Positions 54,856 through 63,995 of a stretch of DNA of 64,000 nucleotides are shown piece by piece (the stretch's first letter is position 1; the number at the start of each line of letters is the position of its first letter). Location: the sequence record MN871446.1; one strand, written 5' to 3'. The position numbers and the translations under genes are program-made. A model generated the notes under the pieces. It was given only the letters and a program-made list of their open reading frames with translations. It searched no databases and had not been told where the DNA came from. The stretch is from Klebsiella phage KpLz-2_45.

Positions 54856-57099
54856 TTAAAGGGAAGTCGGTGGATTCAGGACCGCAAATTGATTGTTGGG
54901 TAAAGGCATGAAAACTTCTTTGGACCCTAAGTTACAAATAGTACGTCCTACGCGCAGATCGGTGTCCAACGTAGTCATGTCAGCGGTTTCGTCGATCGCC
55001 CAAGCGGAACCGGAATATTTATAACTTTGACGAGAGATCACATCGACAATACTATAAACCAAACCACCGAAGGTAGTAGGCGTAAAGATCAGCGAATCTT
55101 TACCATTGACGATAAACCCACCCATGTTCGCAAAAGCGGATGAACTGAAGGTCACCGAACTCACGTCAACCGTGACGGTCGTAGAGGCTACGGTCACGGA
55201 CATACTGGTCCCGGATTTCGTACAGGTAACCTGAATAGAGGAACCCGTTAACGCCGCGATTGCAACGTCACTTCCTTTGGTCCAAGTACCGGCGATATAC
55301 GTACCGAGATAGACCGCACCGTTTTTAAAGAAGATACCGGCGTAATTGTCATTACCGCTAGTGTCTTGATAGTAACCGAAAATAAACCCAGGTACTGAAG
55401 TACCCGTCGCCACATCGACATACCCTTTCTGGGAGTAAGTAGAAGGCGCCGCAATCAACAATGCCGATACTTTATCCGCGGCCTGTAACGGGGAAGTCAA
55501 CGTACGCAGGGTAGCATCCCACGTTTTGTTAATCCCCGTTGAATGCGTTACCGCCGCATCGAGTAGCCCGCCGGCCGGGAACCCGGCCGTGAGTTTAGCG
55601 ATATAACTCGGCTGGCAGGAATAATCACGAACGATTACGTTGTTCTTAATAGCCGTCACCACACCTGCGGGATCGACGTATTTCTGAGTGACGGTACCGG
55701 CGGCGTTCTCTGCACTTGAGGCAAAGCCGGCATTAACCACGTTTCCTAAGCCTACATCCGCTGCCGTTAAGTTAGTCCCTTGTTCAATCGCTTGGTCGAC
55801 ATAAATTTTCGCAGCATTGGTCCACCAATACGCAATTCCCGCTGGAGTGGTATAGAGGTTGGCGGCAGTCCCTAAAACGGTTTGGTCGTTCGTTGCCGTT
55901 CCGTAGTTCTGAACGTTACCTAACCCGACTTGGGCCGCGGTCACACTGTGCGGATTATTTTTATCCAGTAAGTGCGCGGCCAGCGGTTGGTCAGTTGAGT
56001 TTGTCAACATCAGGTTGGCCAGATACGGGGTCAGTAAAGTCGTTTTACTCACACCCGCTAACGCTTCTTCTTCCGTTGCTGTGGTGTAGTTAGGGACATT
56101 CCCCAAGCCCACTTGTGCTTTAGTGACGCCATGCGGGTTATTGGTGTTCGTGGTGTGGAACTCCATGATACCCGGAACCAGCGCGTTTGCCAGAATCCTG
56201 CCGCCCGACGGGGTCAGGTACAGGTTATCCGCTACCCCTGCCGAAGATTCGAGGGTGTTCGCAACACGGTAGTTTTGTACCAGATCTAACCCAACTTGGG
56301 CTTTATTCACCTTGTGCGGGTTACTGTCGTCGTTCTCGTGTGCTTCCAGTAACGGCAAGTAAATTGCCTGGAATTGCTGAGACGTTCTTAAAGACGTCAT
56401 GTAGTACGTATTATCTGTACCGCCTTCTGCCTGCTCTTTATTCGCCGGAACCAGATTACCCAGATCGTCAATACCCAAATCGGCCAATGTGATTTTGTGT
56501 GGGTTGTTGTGGTCGGCAATGTGTTCTAGCAAAGATTGCATGGCTTTATTAAAGCCGGCAGATTGTGCATCAGAAAGCGAATAGATCGCAGAAATCACTT
56601 CGCTGAAGCCCGTCATGTCATCAACGTCATGACGGTGGGCGATAGTCGGGAATTCCGTTGGGAGATCAACCACGGCACCCCATTGCAAGGAACGCGGGTC
56701 TTGCGCTTTGTTCGCCATGAGCTGGAGAATTTTATTCTCGTCTAAACAGAATTCTCCCCCTAGGGTGTGGTATTCAATTTCGATATTGGCGCTGAGTGAT
56801 TTATCGTTAAAGACAATCGCACCGTAGACCGGTAACTGACTTCCAGAAACCGTAATTTGGTCGAAACGGAAACCAAAGAAATAATCGACGTCAGGGCGTA
56901 AGGTGACGCCGGTGGTCGTATTGCGGCAGACAAAGCCGCGACGGAAGAACGGTGCGTAACGCGGGACAATAAAGTTAAAGTCGGTTCCGTTAGCTGCTGT
57001 TATCGTATGAGCCTCACCTGAGATCTGGTTACTTTCATTCTCTTGGTAAGGATCGAAGTCATATGGGAATACAATTTCGTCGCTCATGATTATCCTCAA
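54856..57099 (-). CDS. Tail fibre protein with gp12/gp34-like repeats (747 aa)
   Basis: Four or five copies of NNPH.VT.AQVGLGNV.NY. The N-terminus is related to that of the 451-aa fibre. GAGGATAATC-ATG start. Confidence 0.65.
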   Translation of the reverse strand: MRIIMSDEIVFPYDFDPYQENESNQISGEAHTITAANGTDFNFIVPRYAPFFRRGFVCRNTTTGVTLRPDVDYFFGFRFDQITVSGSQLPVYGAIVFNDKSLSANIEIEYHTLGGEFCLDENKILQLMANKAQDPRSLQWGAVVDLPTEFPTIAHRHDVDDMTGFSEVISAIYSLSDAQSAGFNKAMQSLLEHIADHNNPHKITLADLGIDDLGNLVPANKEQAEGGTDNTYYMTSLRTSQQFQAIYLPLLEAHENDDSNPHKVNKAQVGLDLVQNYRVANTLESSAGVADNLYLTPSGGRILANALVPGIMEFHTTNTNNPHGVTKAQVGLGNVPNYTTATEEEALAGVSKTTLLTPYLANLMLTNSTDQPLAAHLLDKNNPHSVTAAQVGLGNVQNYGTATNDQTVLGTAANLYTTPAGIAYWWTNAAKIYVDQAIEQGTNLTAADVGLGNVVNAGFASSAENAAGTVTQKYVDPAGVVTAIKNNVIVRDYSCQPSYIAKLTAGFPAGGLLDAAVTHSTGINKTWDATLRTLTSPLQAADKVSALLIAAPSTYSQKGYVDVATGTSVPGFIFGYYQDTSGNDNYAGIFFKNGAVYLGTYIAGTWTKGSDVAIAALTGSSIQVTCTKSGTSMSVTVASTTVTVDVSSVTFSSSAFANMGGFIVNGKDSLIFTPTTFGGLVYSIVDVISRQSYKYSGSAWAIDETADMTTLDTDLRVGRTICNLGSKEVFMPLPNNQFAVLNPPTSL

Positions 57100-57112
57100 T
57101 GTACCATCGGCC

Positions 57113-57126
57113 GATGGATCAACATA
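57113..57126. promoter_or_regulatory. Perfect 14-nt palindrome CCATCGGCCGATGG in the divergent region between the fibre operon and the 57153 gene
   Basis: Seen directly in the sequence; it sits between two divergent start codons 54 nt apart. Confidence 0.3.
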
Positions 57127-57152
57127 CCAATACTCATCAAAAAGGACCGGAC

Positions 57153-58397
57153 ATGTATCAGCTTATTCAGGCACAAACACGAACGAAAGGTAGTTTTAAT
57201 GATTGGGAAGAAAAGGCACTGGGTGAAGTACGACTGATTACCATCTTCACTTTGTACAGTAATGTTCTGGTTTACCTCTTCGACGCGACTAACGAGAAGA
57301 ACGGATGGCTGGATCTCTATAGCCTCCCGGTGTCGGTGCGCGATTCTGTCGCCACGTTAAATCAATACCTTGAATTAGCATCTGGTCTGACTTTGGTGGA
57401 AGACGACCCTCGTGGTCAACGCGGTGACAGTTACGTTCGCTTTCTGAATGCAATGGCGTACAAGTTCACCTTTAAAGGGACTAACGCTAATTTCAGTACC
57501 GACGAAAACCTGTTACCAGATCAACGTATTGACCTTCTGGTGCAACGGGACGGCATTACCGATTACAGTACTATTGTTGACCAATCTCTTTGGACAGTCA
57601 ACGGACTCTGTTTCCGAGCATGGCCGATTGATGGCGAAGGGATTACACTGAACCACGCTGGTAAGTTTGCGTCCAAGTTTAACGACTTACGTGTAGGGAT
57701 TCTGGATTTTAGTTCAATTGGGAAAGTAGAGACTTACCCTATTTCGGCGAGTATGATTCAGGGCGGTGGGGAAGCGTTACCATTAGCTAAAGGGTTTTAC
57801 TTACGTTCTCCGGTGGCGCTGACCGGGAAAACCGTTGGTCTGGTAGTAGCGGGGAAACTGTATCTTCTCGATAAAGAAGTCTCTGTTACTGGGGAAACCC
57901 GTATCCAAGTCCATATGCAGAATATCAACCTGATCAACCACTTTTTTGAAACGCACCAATATTTGGACTACAGTGACATTCCGCTTTCTAAAGATGAGAA
58001 TGAAACAGAACAGGTGGTTGCAAATCAGTTCATCACTGACGCAGTGATCAAAGCGTTTATGACTTCGGTTTATTCTTTCCTGGTGGTGATCGACAGCGTG
58101 AACCTTGAGAAAGAATACCTCAGTTTGAAACGGACGTTGATTGATGGGACTTATCTCTCGCCGGGCGAGGCTTTACCAGACCTTCCGGCACAAATCGGTA
58201 ACGGGTATCTGGCGGAGTATACCTTGTGGAAGCAAGATGGGTTCTACGCACTGCGTCTCCCGCATTCGTTAGTCAGTCGTTGGTTTTACGAAACCATTCC
58301 AATGAATGAGCGCCAACTGGTTCAGAACCAACGTTACGGTTATAAACCGACGTTCTCTTCTGAAGCACGGCTTCTCTTAATTAAAAAGGTGGCCTGA
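57153..58397 (+). CDS. Hypothetical protein (~415 aa), possibly baseplate/fibre-associated
   Basis: The track start at 57099 overlaps the divergent fibre start. AGGA-N7-ATG at 57153 (MYQLIQAQ...) is preferred. Confidence 0.45.
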   Translation: MYQLIQAQTRTKGSFNDWEEKALGEVRLITIFTLYSNVLVYLFDATNEKNGWLDLYSLPVSVRDSVATLNQYLELASGLTLVEDDPRGQRGDSYVRFLNAMAYKFTFKGTNANFSTDENLLPDQRIDLLVQRDGITDYSTIVDQSLWTVNGLCFRAWPIDGEGITLNHAGKFASKFNDLRVGILDFSSIGKVETYPISASMIQGGGEALPLAKGFYLRSPVALTGKTVGLVVAGKLYLLDKEVSVTGETRIQVHMQNINLINHFFETHQYLDYSDIPLSKDENETEQVVANQFITDAVIKAFMTSVYSFLVVIDSVNLEKEYLSLKRTLIDGTYLSPGEALPDLPAQIGNGYLAEYTLWKQDGFYALRLPHSLVSRWFYETIPMNERQLVQNQRYGYKPTFSSEARLLLIKKVA

Positions 58398-58399
58398 GT

Positions 58400-58999
58400 A
58401 TGTGGACTTCATTTTTCAACAACAAGTTGGTCAGGTGGCTTCTGGTCATTCTCTCTATTTTGCTCTTTATCTACGGTGTATTTAAAGCCGGGGAATACGC
58501 ACAGAAAAAGATCACTGAAACAATCGCCGACGTCACGAACCAAATGACGCAAACCATCCAAAAGAATTTGCAACAGTCGCTTGATGAGCACATGGGCGTG
58601 TTACAAAACGAATTGGATAATAACTTGTCTTCAATCAATGGTAAATTCGATGAACAACAAAAAGCGATTAAAAATACTCAGTCTAAGCTTGATGGTATTG
58701 GTGATGTGTGGTTGCGCGTCGAAAGAGTACGTACCGACCAAAAACACGTCGGTAACGCTCAAGGTACCGGAAGTCAAACTCCCGGAAGTTCGGGAGGAAG
58801 TGATGGAACCTATTACGCCAAACTTCCAGCTGAGAATGTGCAATTTCTTAAAGGGGAAGCCTTTAGAGCAGATCAATGCGCCGTGCGATTAAACGCCGCG
58901 CAGCAGGTCATCGTTCAGTATAAAGGGGCGTTTGTAAAATACCAGGAACTCGTGGAAGTTTACCTTAACGCCGCCCAACTTGACGGTAAGACAAAATAA
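58400..58999 (+). CDS. Rz: i-spanin (Rz-like)
   Basis: AAGGTGG RBS. N-terminal transmembrane segment LVRWLLVILSILLFIYGVF, coiled-coil periplasmic domain, and an o-spanin gene embedded in the +1 frame. Confidence 0.7.
   Translation: MWTSFFNNKLVRWLLVILSILLFIYGVFKAGEYAQKKITETIADVTNQMTQTIQKNLQQSLDEHMGVLQNELDNNLSSINGKFDEQQKAIKNTQSKLDGIGDVWLRVERVRTDQKHVGNAQGTGSQTPGSSGGSDGTYYAKLPAENVQFLKGEAFRADQCAVRLNAAQQVIVQYKGAFVKYQELVEVYLNAAQLDGKTK
58650..58892 (+). CDS. Rz1: o-spanin (Rz1-like), entirely embedded in the +1 frame of the i-spanin gene
   Basis: MNNKKRLKILSLSLMVLVMCGCAS is a lipoprotein-type signal peptide with Cys. The mature part is proline-rich (PTKNTSVTLKVPEVKLPEV...EPITP) and ends with a cysteine (APCD), as in lambda Rz1. 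Confidence 0.65.
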   Translation: MNNKKRLKILSLSLMVLVMCGCASKEYVPTKNTSVTLKVPEVKLPEVREEVMEPITPNFQLRMCNFLKGKPLEQINAPCD

Positions 59000-59004
59000 A
59001 ATAA

Positions 59005-59029
59005 AGGTAGAGGGTCAAACCCTCTACCT
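59005..59029. terminator. Bidirectional terminator aggtagaggg-tcaaa-ccctctacct
   Basis: 10-bp perfect stem, then TTTTATAAT. Confidence 0.7.
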
Positions 59030-59037
59030 TTTATAAT

Positions 59038-59634
59038 CTATCGTCTGCTACGTAACGCGGTGATAACGTCTGCTACTACACTGCTGTTGATCTTATCGCC
59101 TACCACTGCCGAAAGGATATCTCGGCGCTCTCGGTTAATGATGCCCATGTAATACCACGTCACCATCATCGTCGGTAAGATAATGATCCCTGCTAACGTC
59201 GCCGAGGGGAGTTCTTTTCTATCGATACACACCACGGCCACTACTGAGGTGAAGATCAAAATAGTGAAGGCCAGTACCATTGCGAACATAGCACCAACCA
59301 AACGCCGTGACCTGACTTCGTATTTATCCGGTTTAGCGATCGCACCAATCACTTCTGGATGAATACCGGGTACCGTCTTATCTGTTTGGTCATTAACTGG
59401 TTCTTCTTTTCCTTGTTCCGGTAAAGGTGCGATTTCCATTTCTAACCATATTGTCTTGTTATCGTCATCGGGATGACTGTCCAGATATTCCCGCAGGTCT
59501 TTCACGGTGGCGGTTTCTGGGTGAATAGCGGGCGCAAAAAGATGCGCGCGATCCGCAAGCGAGATACCATCCTTATCAACGTAATTACCCAGGACGGTAT
59601 CGTCAGGGAGTGAAAGGAGTTCATTTAATGTCAT
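59038..59634 (-). CDS. Membrane protein with an acidic cytoplasmic N-terminal domain and two C-terminal transmembrane segments (198 aa)
   Basis: Hydrophobic stretches LVGAMFAMVLAFTILIFTSVVAVVCI and LAGIIILPTMMVTWYYMGII; ATGA overlap with the tmk stop. Confidence 0.5.
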   Translation of the reverse strand: MTLNELLSLPDDTVLGNYVDKDGISLADRAHLFAPAIHPETATVKDLREYLDSHPDDDNKTIWLEMEIAPLPEQGKEEPVNDQTDKTVPGIHPEVIGAIAKPDKYEVRSRRLVGAMFAMVLAFTILIFTSVVAVVCIDRKELPSATLAGIIILPTMMVTWYYMGIINRERRDILSAVVGDKINSSVVADVITALRSRR

Positions 59635-60251
59635 TGATAGACCTCATCATAACTTGCCATCAGTTGAAGAAAGACCTCGGACAACGGACGAGTGGCGTCA
59701 ATGAGGGCGACCTTTCCGTTAGCCTCAGGCGCAAGGTCATTCAAAACCGTTAAGTAACGGTCACGGTAGAAATCAAATTGAGTCGCCAATTCTTCTTCGA
59801 TGACATCTTTTTTGCGGCGTCCTAACCGAGCAACGTGGGTGGCGTAATCGATATCCAAGAAAAAGATTGAGTGGTGGTGATCGAAGAGTCCTAATCCTTC
59901 GTGGAGATTGAAAATCCAATCCCATTCTTCTTTCGGACTATAGGCGAAAGTCGAAGGCCATGAGCGGTCAAGAATAACGGTATGTCCACCCTCCAGAGCA
60001 AAGTTAACTTGACTGTCGAAGATCTCTTTACGTGCCGAGACGAACAGCAGAGCACGAGCAGCGGGGGAAGACGGGCGATCAGACGACTGTGTTAATTCGC
60101 GGATTTTTTCTGCAGGGACATTGCCGCCAGGCTCACGAAACACCACGACAGATTCACCACGTTCTTTCAACGCCTGTCGGAGTAATGAGACCGCTTCTGT
60201 TTTCCCTGCGCCATCGAGTCCTTCAATGATCAATAGTTTTGCTCTTGCCAT
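59631..60251 (-). CDS. tmk: Thymidylate kinase (dTMP kinase)
   Basis: N-terminal LLIIEGLDGAGKTEAV P-loop, then DR..S and ...LDRS motifs typical of Tmk; 206 aa. Confidence 0.8.
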   Translation of the reverse strand: MARAKLLIIEGLDGAGKTEAVSLLRQALKERGESVVVFREPGGNVPAEKIRELTQSSDRPSSPAARALLFVSARKEIFDSQVNFALEGGHTVILDRSWPSTFAYSPKEEWDWIFNLHEGLGLFDHHHSIFFLDIDYATHVARLGRRKKDVIEEELATQFDFYRDRYLTVLNDLAPEANGKVALIDATRPLSEVFLQLMASYDEVYQ

Positions 60252-60261
60252 GTTTACCTTC

Positions 60262-60843
60262 TTAAATTATACCCGTTAATTCCCGTTTCCATTTAAGGAA
60301 CAACCAATACCCGATGGCGATTGAATCGATGCTGTGTTCATCGAGTTCATCGATATCTAATTCGCTATCAACATACAACGTCTTTTCTGCAATCAATTTT
60401 TTCACCGCTTTACGAACGGCTTCTTTGTCCCCGCCTTTACCTGGTGCACCAACCGCCTTTTTTGCCGTGGGTGGATCAACTAAAAATAACGGTAATGTAT
60501 TTTTAAAATCCCAGACTGCCTCGCGCGCCATCACAATCCCTTCTACCAGAGACTGGAAAGCGGAGACAAATTTCAATTTCATGAACGCCGATTCGCAAGA
60601 GACTAAGACAGGGTTAAAATAATGCAAACGTTCGATAAGGAACTCTCTGCACTTTGCATGTCGCGCACCTCGGTCCCCTAAGACCAATTCCGGACTAACG
60701 TCAGTTAAGAAGCGATCAGCGTGGAAAGTCTCAGCGTGACGGAGGTAAACTTTCCCGGTATCGAGATCGTAATCTAAAATCGAAATCCCAAAACAACGAC
60801 TCCCTGGGTCAATACCCATGATTCTAAAAAATTGGTCATTCAT
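60262..60843 (-). CDS. RuvC-like Holliday-junction resolvase
   Basis: N-terminal RIMGIDPGSRCFGISILD matches the RuvC catalytic-Asp motif (iLGIDPGsr.tG.av); 193 aa. Confidence 0.7.
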   Translation of the reverse strand: MNDQFFRIMGIDPGSRCFGISILDYDLDTGKVYLRHAETFHADRFLTDVSPELVLGDRGARHAKCREFLIERLHYFNPVLVSCESAFMKLKFVSAFQSLVEGIVMAREAVWDFKNTLPLFLVDPPTAKKAVGAPGKGGDKEAVRKAVKKLIAEKTLYVDSELDIDELDEHSIDSIAIGYWLFLKWKRELTGII

Positions 60844-60890
60844 TGTCGTTCCTTAACACTATTTCAAAATAAATACATGGTCTATAAAAT

Positions 60891-60918
60891 AAGAAAGGGG
60901 ACCGAAGCCCCCTTTCTT
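60891..60918 (-). terminator. Hairpin aagaaagggg-accgaagc-cccctttctt
   Basis: 10-bp stem; T-rich on the minus strand downstream. Confidence 0.65.
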
Positions 60919-60925
60919 TTGTCTG

Positions 60926-62071
60926 TTATTCTTCGGTTTCGATATCGTAACGCAGTGAAGCCTGACCGACAACAAACGACACCGTAGACGGCGTCACATT
61001 GACTGTCTCTGTCCAGCCATGAATAGACCGTTTACGCGTGATCGAGGTGACTCTGGCGTTAGTGAACGCGGTGGTCAATTTCGCTTTGTTCGCTTCGGTA
61101 TTCATCGTAGCCCAGTTTGCGGCAATCATGTTCACGATTGCTTTAACCAGACTAGCGTCCGTGATTTCACTGCCTACACGGAACTGCTGAATCGCATTCT
61201 GATAATCCGAGAAATCCAGAGGACGAGTCAAGACCAAGGCCGAGTAACGATTGGTACCGACACCAGTCGGATAATCAAATCCTACCAACGCACCCGTGCG
61301 CAGGCTGCTCAGGTCAATCACCGGCGGGTATTCCAAGCCATTGAGTTCGGAAGTGAAATTATTCAGGGCGATGTCACTTGGGTACTCAAGGCCATTAAGT
61401 TCTGTAACCGTGATTAACGTATTGAGGTCCTGACTTCCTGGGTACTCCAGACCGTTCAGATCAGTTTCAACAATCACCTTATCAAGATCAAAGATCGACG
61501 GGTAGTATAACCCTTCCATCGCCGTCTGACGAATTGACCACGTAATACCCGAGAAACTATTGCCTTTGAAGGCATCCAGATTATCGGTAATAATGCTGCT
61601 GAGAGAAGTTTTCGTATTACGGAGGTAAAACTCGACAGAGCCTGTCCAACTCCAGCTGGTTTCTGCAATCGGCCACGAGATAAAGATTTCTTCATCTCCG
61701 GCATCCGTGTTCAGATCCAACAAGCCGGCGGCAAAATCGCTGTCCTCAAATGGTGGTAGACCATACGTTTCACAGAGCGACGCGAGGATTTTCCGATTAT
61801 TTAATCCTGAGCCTGCCTGAACGTGTAATTCAATCCCTTTGAACAACGTTTGGAAGTTACGTTTAAACAACGAGATATCATCACGGACACCGTAATACTT
61901 GCCCGAGGTGTCTTTAACGATGAACTTCTGACGTGCCTCGAAACTATCGTATTCGCCCCTTTCAATTGATAACGTATCAACTGTGAACGCTGCGCCGTGA
62001 TCCGCGTTAGCTTTGTTGATGAGACCAACAATTTCTGCTTCAATCGTAGGGTAACCAAAAACGGTACTCAT
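60926..62071 (-). CDS. Hypothetical structural protein (381 aa) with a triple ~20-aa repeat
   Basis: Three copies of ...(D/E)LNGLEYP.S(Q/D)(D/I)(A)LN. near residues 200-260. Confidence 0.5.
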   Translation of the reverse strand: MSTVFGYPTIEAEIVGLINKANADHGAAFTVDTLSIERGEYDSFEARQKFIVKDTSGKYYGVRDDISLFKRNFQTLFKGIELHVQAGSGLNNRKILASLCETYGLPPFEDSDFAAGLLDLNTDAGDEEIFISWPIAETSWSWTGSVEFYLRNTKTSLSSIITDNLDAFKGNSFSGITWSIRQTAMEGLYYPSIFDLDKVIVETDLNGLEYPGSQDLNTLITVTELNGLEYPSDIALNNFTSELNGLEYPPVIDLSSLRTGALVGFDYPTGVGTNRYSALVLTRPLDFSDYQNAIQQFRVGSEITDASLVKAIVNMIAANWATMNTEANKAKLTTAFTNARVTSITRKRSIHGWTETVNVTPSTVSFVVGQASLRYDIETEE

Positions 62072-62084
62072 TGGTCACCTCCTG

Positions 62085-63002
62085 TTAAGCCAGTGAACGG
62101 ATGGTGGCCGTAATGCTGGATGTTGTAGACAGGGTCGCTACGCTATTCGAGGTCAGCATCGGTTCGTTAGCGCCCATTTCCAGCGTGATAACAAAGCCTT
62201 GGTTATCGAAGGACAGCTGGCGATACGTCGACAGCCAGGTCAATACCTGGGCGTAGATCGCTTCATTCATGTTGATTTGCGCGCCGCCCGGACCCACCGC
62301 TTGTACAGTACGCTGGATAGCGGAAACCAAACCGATCTCCGAGATAATCGCACGCTTCTGTGAACCGTAGAGAATGCTGGCGACATTATTCAGTTCCGCA
62401 ACATCGTTCTCGTCGAAAGGTACGTCAACTTCCATACTGGCAGTCAGGTACTCAGAGTTCGTTGTGGTCGCCTGGGCAGAGGTCAGCGTTGGGCGGGTCG
62501 GGAACAGGTTCGATGAGTTCGGGACAAATTCGGTAGTGGTTGCTTCCCCGTCCACTACAACGGTATGGCGCAAGGTCGGTTTCGCAGCAGAGAGATCAAC
62601 CTTTTTCAAATAGTAAGAAAAATAGTTCACGCCGTTCAGATTCTCTAATTTACGGAGACCGTAGTTCGCCCGTTCAGCAACAGAGAGATCATTGGTTTCC
62701 AGACGCATGACAAACGGGATCATGTTGAACGGCCCAAAGTCGGCGGCGGTGTGTTGCGCAGGTTCGATAATGATTTCGTTATCGGCGGTCGGGACGTTAT
62801 AATGTCCTTTATCACCGATACAGTAGTAAGCAAACGTAGGACGATCAGTGGTAGCAATTTGGGCATCGCTATTTACCGCGAGTCTTTCGTTTAGCGTGGT
62901 GTACTTTAATGCAGTCAACGGCAGGCCCGCTAACAGATGGGTCTGGAGCAGTCCGCTTAACGCCGTCCGGGCGATGAGATTCGTATTTGTGCTGGCACTC
63001 AT
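62085..63002 (-). CDS. Hypothetical structural protein (305 aa)
   Basis: 13-nt gap to the upstream gene (operon). T/S-rich. Confidence 0.5.
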   Translation of the reverse strand: MSASTNTNLIARTALSGLLQTHLLAGLPLTALKYTTLNERLAVNSDAQIATTDRPTFAYYCIGDKGHYNVPTADNEIIIEPAQHTAADFGPFNMIPFVMRLETNDLSVAERANYGLRKLENLNGVNYFSYYLKKVDLSAAKPTLRHTVVVDGEATTTEFVPNSSNLFPTRPTLTSAQATTTNSEYLTASMEVDVPFDENDVAELNNVASILYGSQKRAIISEIGLVSAIQRTVQAVGPGGAQINMNEAIYAQVLTWLSTYRQLSFDNQGFVITLEMGANEPMLTSNSVATLSTTSSITATIRSLA

Positions 63003-63062
63003 GTTTAAGTCCTATGCGAAAAATTCAATCGAGAAGAAGGTACGCCGACTCAGGACGGCGAA

Positions 63063-63073
63063 TGTCATAAAAA
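63063..63073 (-). promoter_or_regulatory. Box TTTTTATGACA (minus strand) directly 3' of the terminator, about 60 nt upstream of the ATG at 63002
   Basis: Weaker variant of the conserved TTTCGTATGAC box. Confidence 0.25.
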
Positions 63074-63075
63074 GC

Positions 63076-63102
63076 GAAGGAGAGCGCTAAGCGCTCTCCT
63101 TC
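63076..63102. terminator. Hairpin gaaggagagcgc-taa-gcgctctccttc
   Basis: 12-bp perfect stem; a T-run follows on the plus strand. Confidence 0.7.
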
Positions 63103-63118
63103 CGTATCTTTTTCTTAA

Positions 63119-63655
63119 TTAGCTACCAAAGCCATCCTGGGTACCAGGGATGTCGGTGGTGTTCATTCGCGTTTCAGCGGCGGTGATGGTCAGAGTGATC
63201 GTACCGAAAAGGGTCAGGTGGTTTTCAGCCATCGTCACTTTAACGGAAACGGTACTATCTTCATTGGTGACCGGCGCGTCGACGACAATGTCACTCGCTA
63301 CCATTGAAGAGGAAAATTTATCGACCAGGTACGCTAACGCACTGGCGGCGGCATCAGCTTCGTCCCAATTAGCCAGGTCATCAGTGATCGCCTTTTCAAT
63401 AGCGTAACCCGCGATATCTTTACGGAGGTAATACACCGTTTTCGCTTCACCGTAAACCAGCGTTGAACTGGCCACCGGGGTTAACAGTACTGATGTGTTC
63501 GCGCCATCTTCACGTCCAGAAACGGCGGTGATATTGGACGCGGTCAAATCGGCGTCAGTGAATACTTCACCCTCAGGGAGAGCAGTGGTTGATTTAGTCA
63601 ATAAATCATAGAAGGCCGCTTTGGGGGTTTTCGTTAAATCTAATGAGACCGCCAT
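63119..63655 (-). CDS. Hypothetical protein (178 aa)
   Basis: ORF only. Confidence 0.5.
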   Translation of the reverse strand: MAVSLDLTKTPKAAFYDLLTKSTTALPEGEVFTDADLTASNITAVSGREDGANTSVLLTPVASSTLVYGEAKTVYYLRKDIAGYAIEKAITDDLANWDEADAAASALAYLVDKFSSSMVASDIVVDAPVTNEDSTVSVKVTMAENHLTLFGTITLTITAAETRMNTTDIPGTQDGFGS

Positions 63656-63674
63656 CGTCTATTTTCCTCTTTGA

Positions 63675-63995
63675 TCAACTTAAATTGTAGTGCAGAATTA
63701 AATGTCCTGCAACATTAGTACATAAGGTACTGTCTAAATGGATCACGACGCAACGCTCGTAGTTAGTGTTGACGTAAACGGGAGCAGAGGTTGTTAGTCC
63801 GTTAAAGTACACGGTGGCGCCAGCCATGTTCCATGCGGCGGGTGTTGGGGTATTAACCCAGGCTTCTGGAGACTTACGGTTGAGGATCGTGAGGAGTTCC
63901 CCCTCGATCAAATCACCGTAACCAAACCGCTGCATGTTATCGGCGTCGTAAGTGTAATCCTGAGCATAGAGGTAGAGCGGGCCCTGAATCTTCAC
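63675..63995 (-). CDS. Hypothetical protein (106 aa)
   Basis: ORF only; close to the window edge. Confidence 0.4.
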   Translation of the reverse strand: MKIQGPLYLYAQDYTYDADNMQRFGYGDLIEGELLTILNRKSPEAWVNTPTPAAWNMAGATVYFNGLTTSAPVYVNTNYERCVVIHLDSTLCTNVAGHLILHYNLS

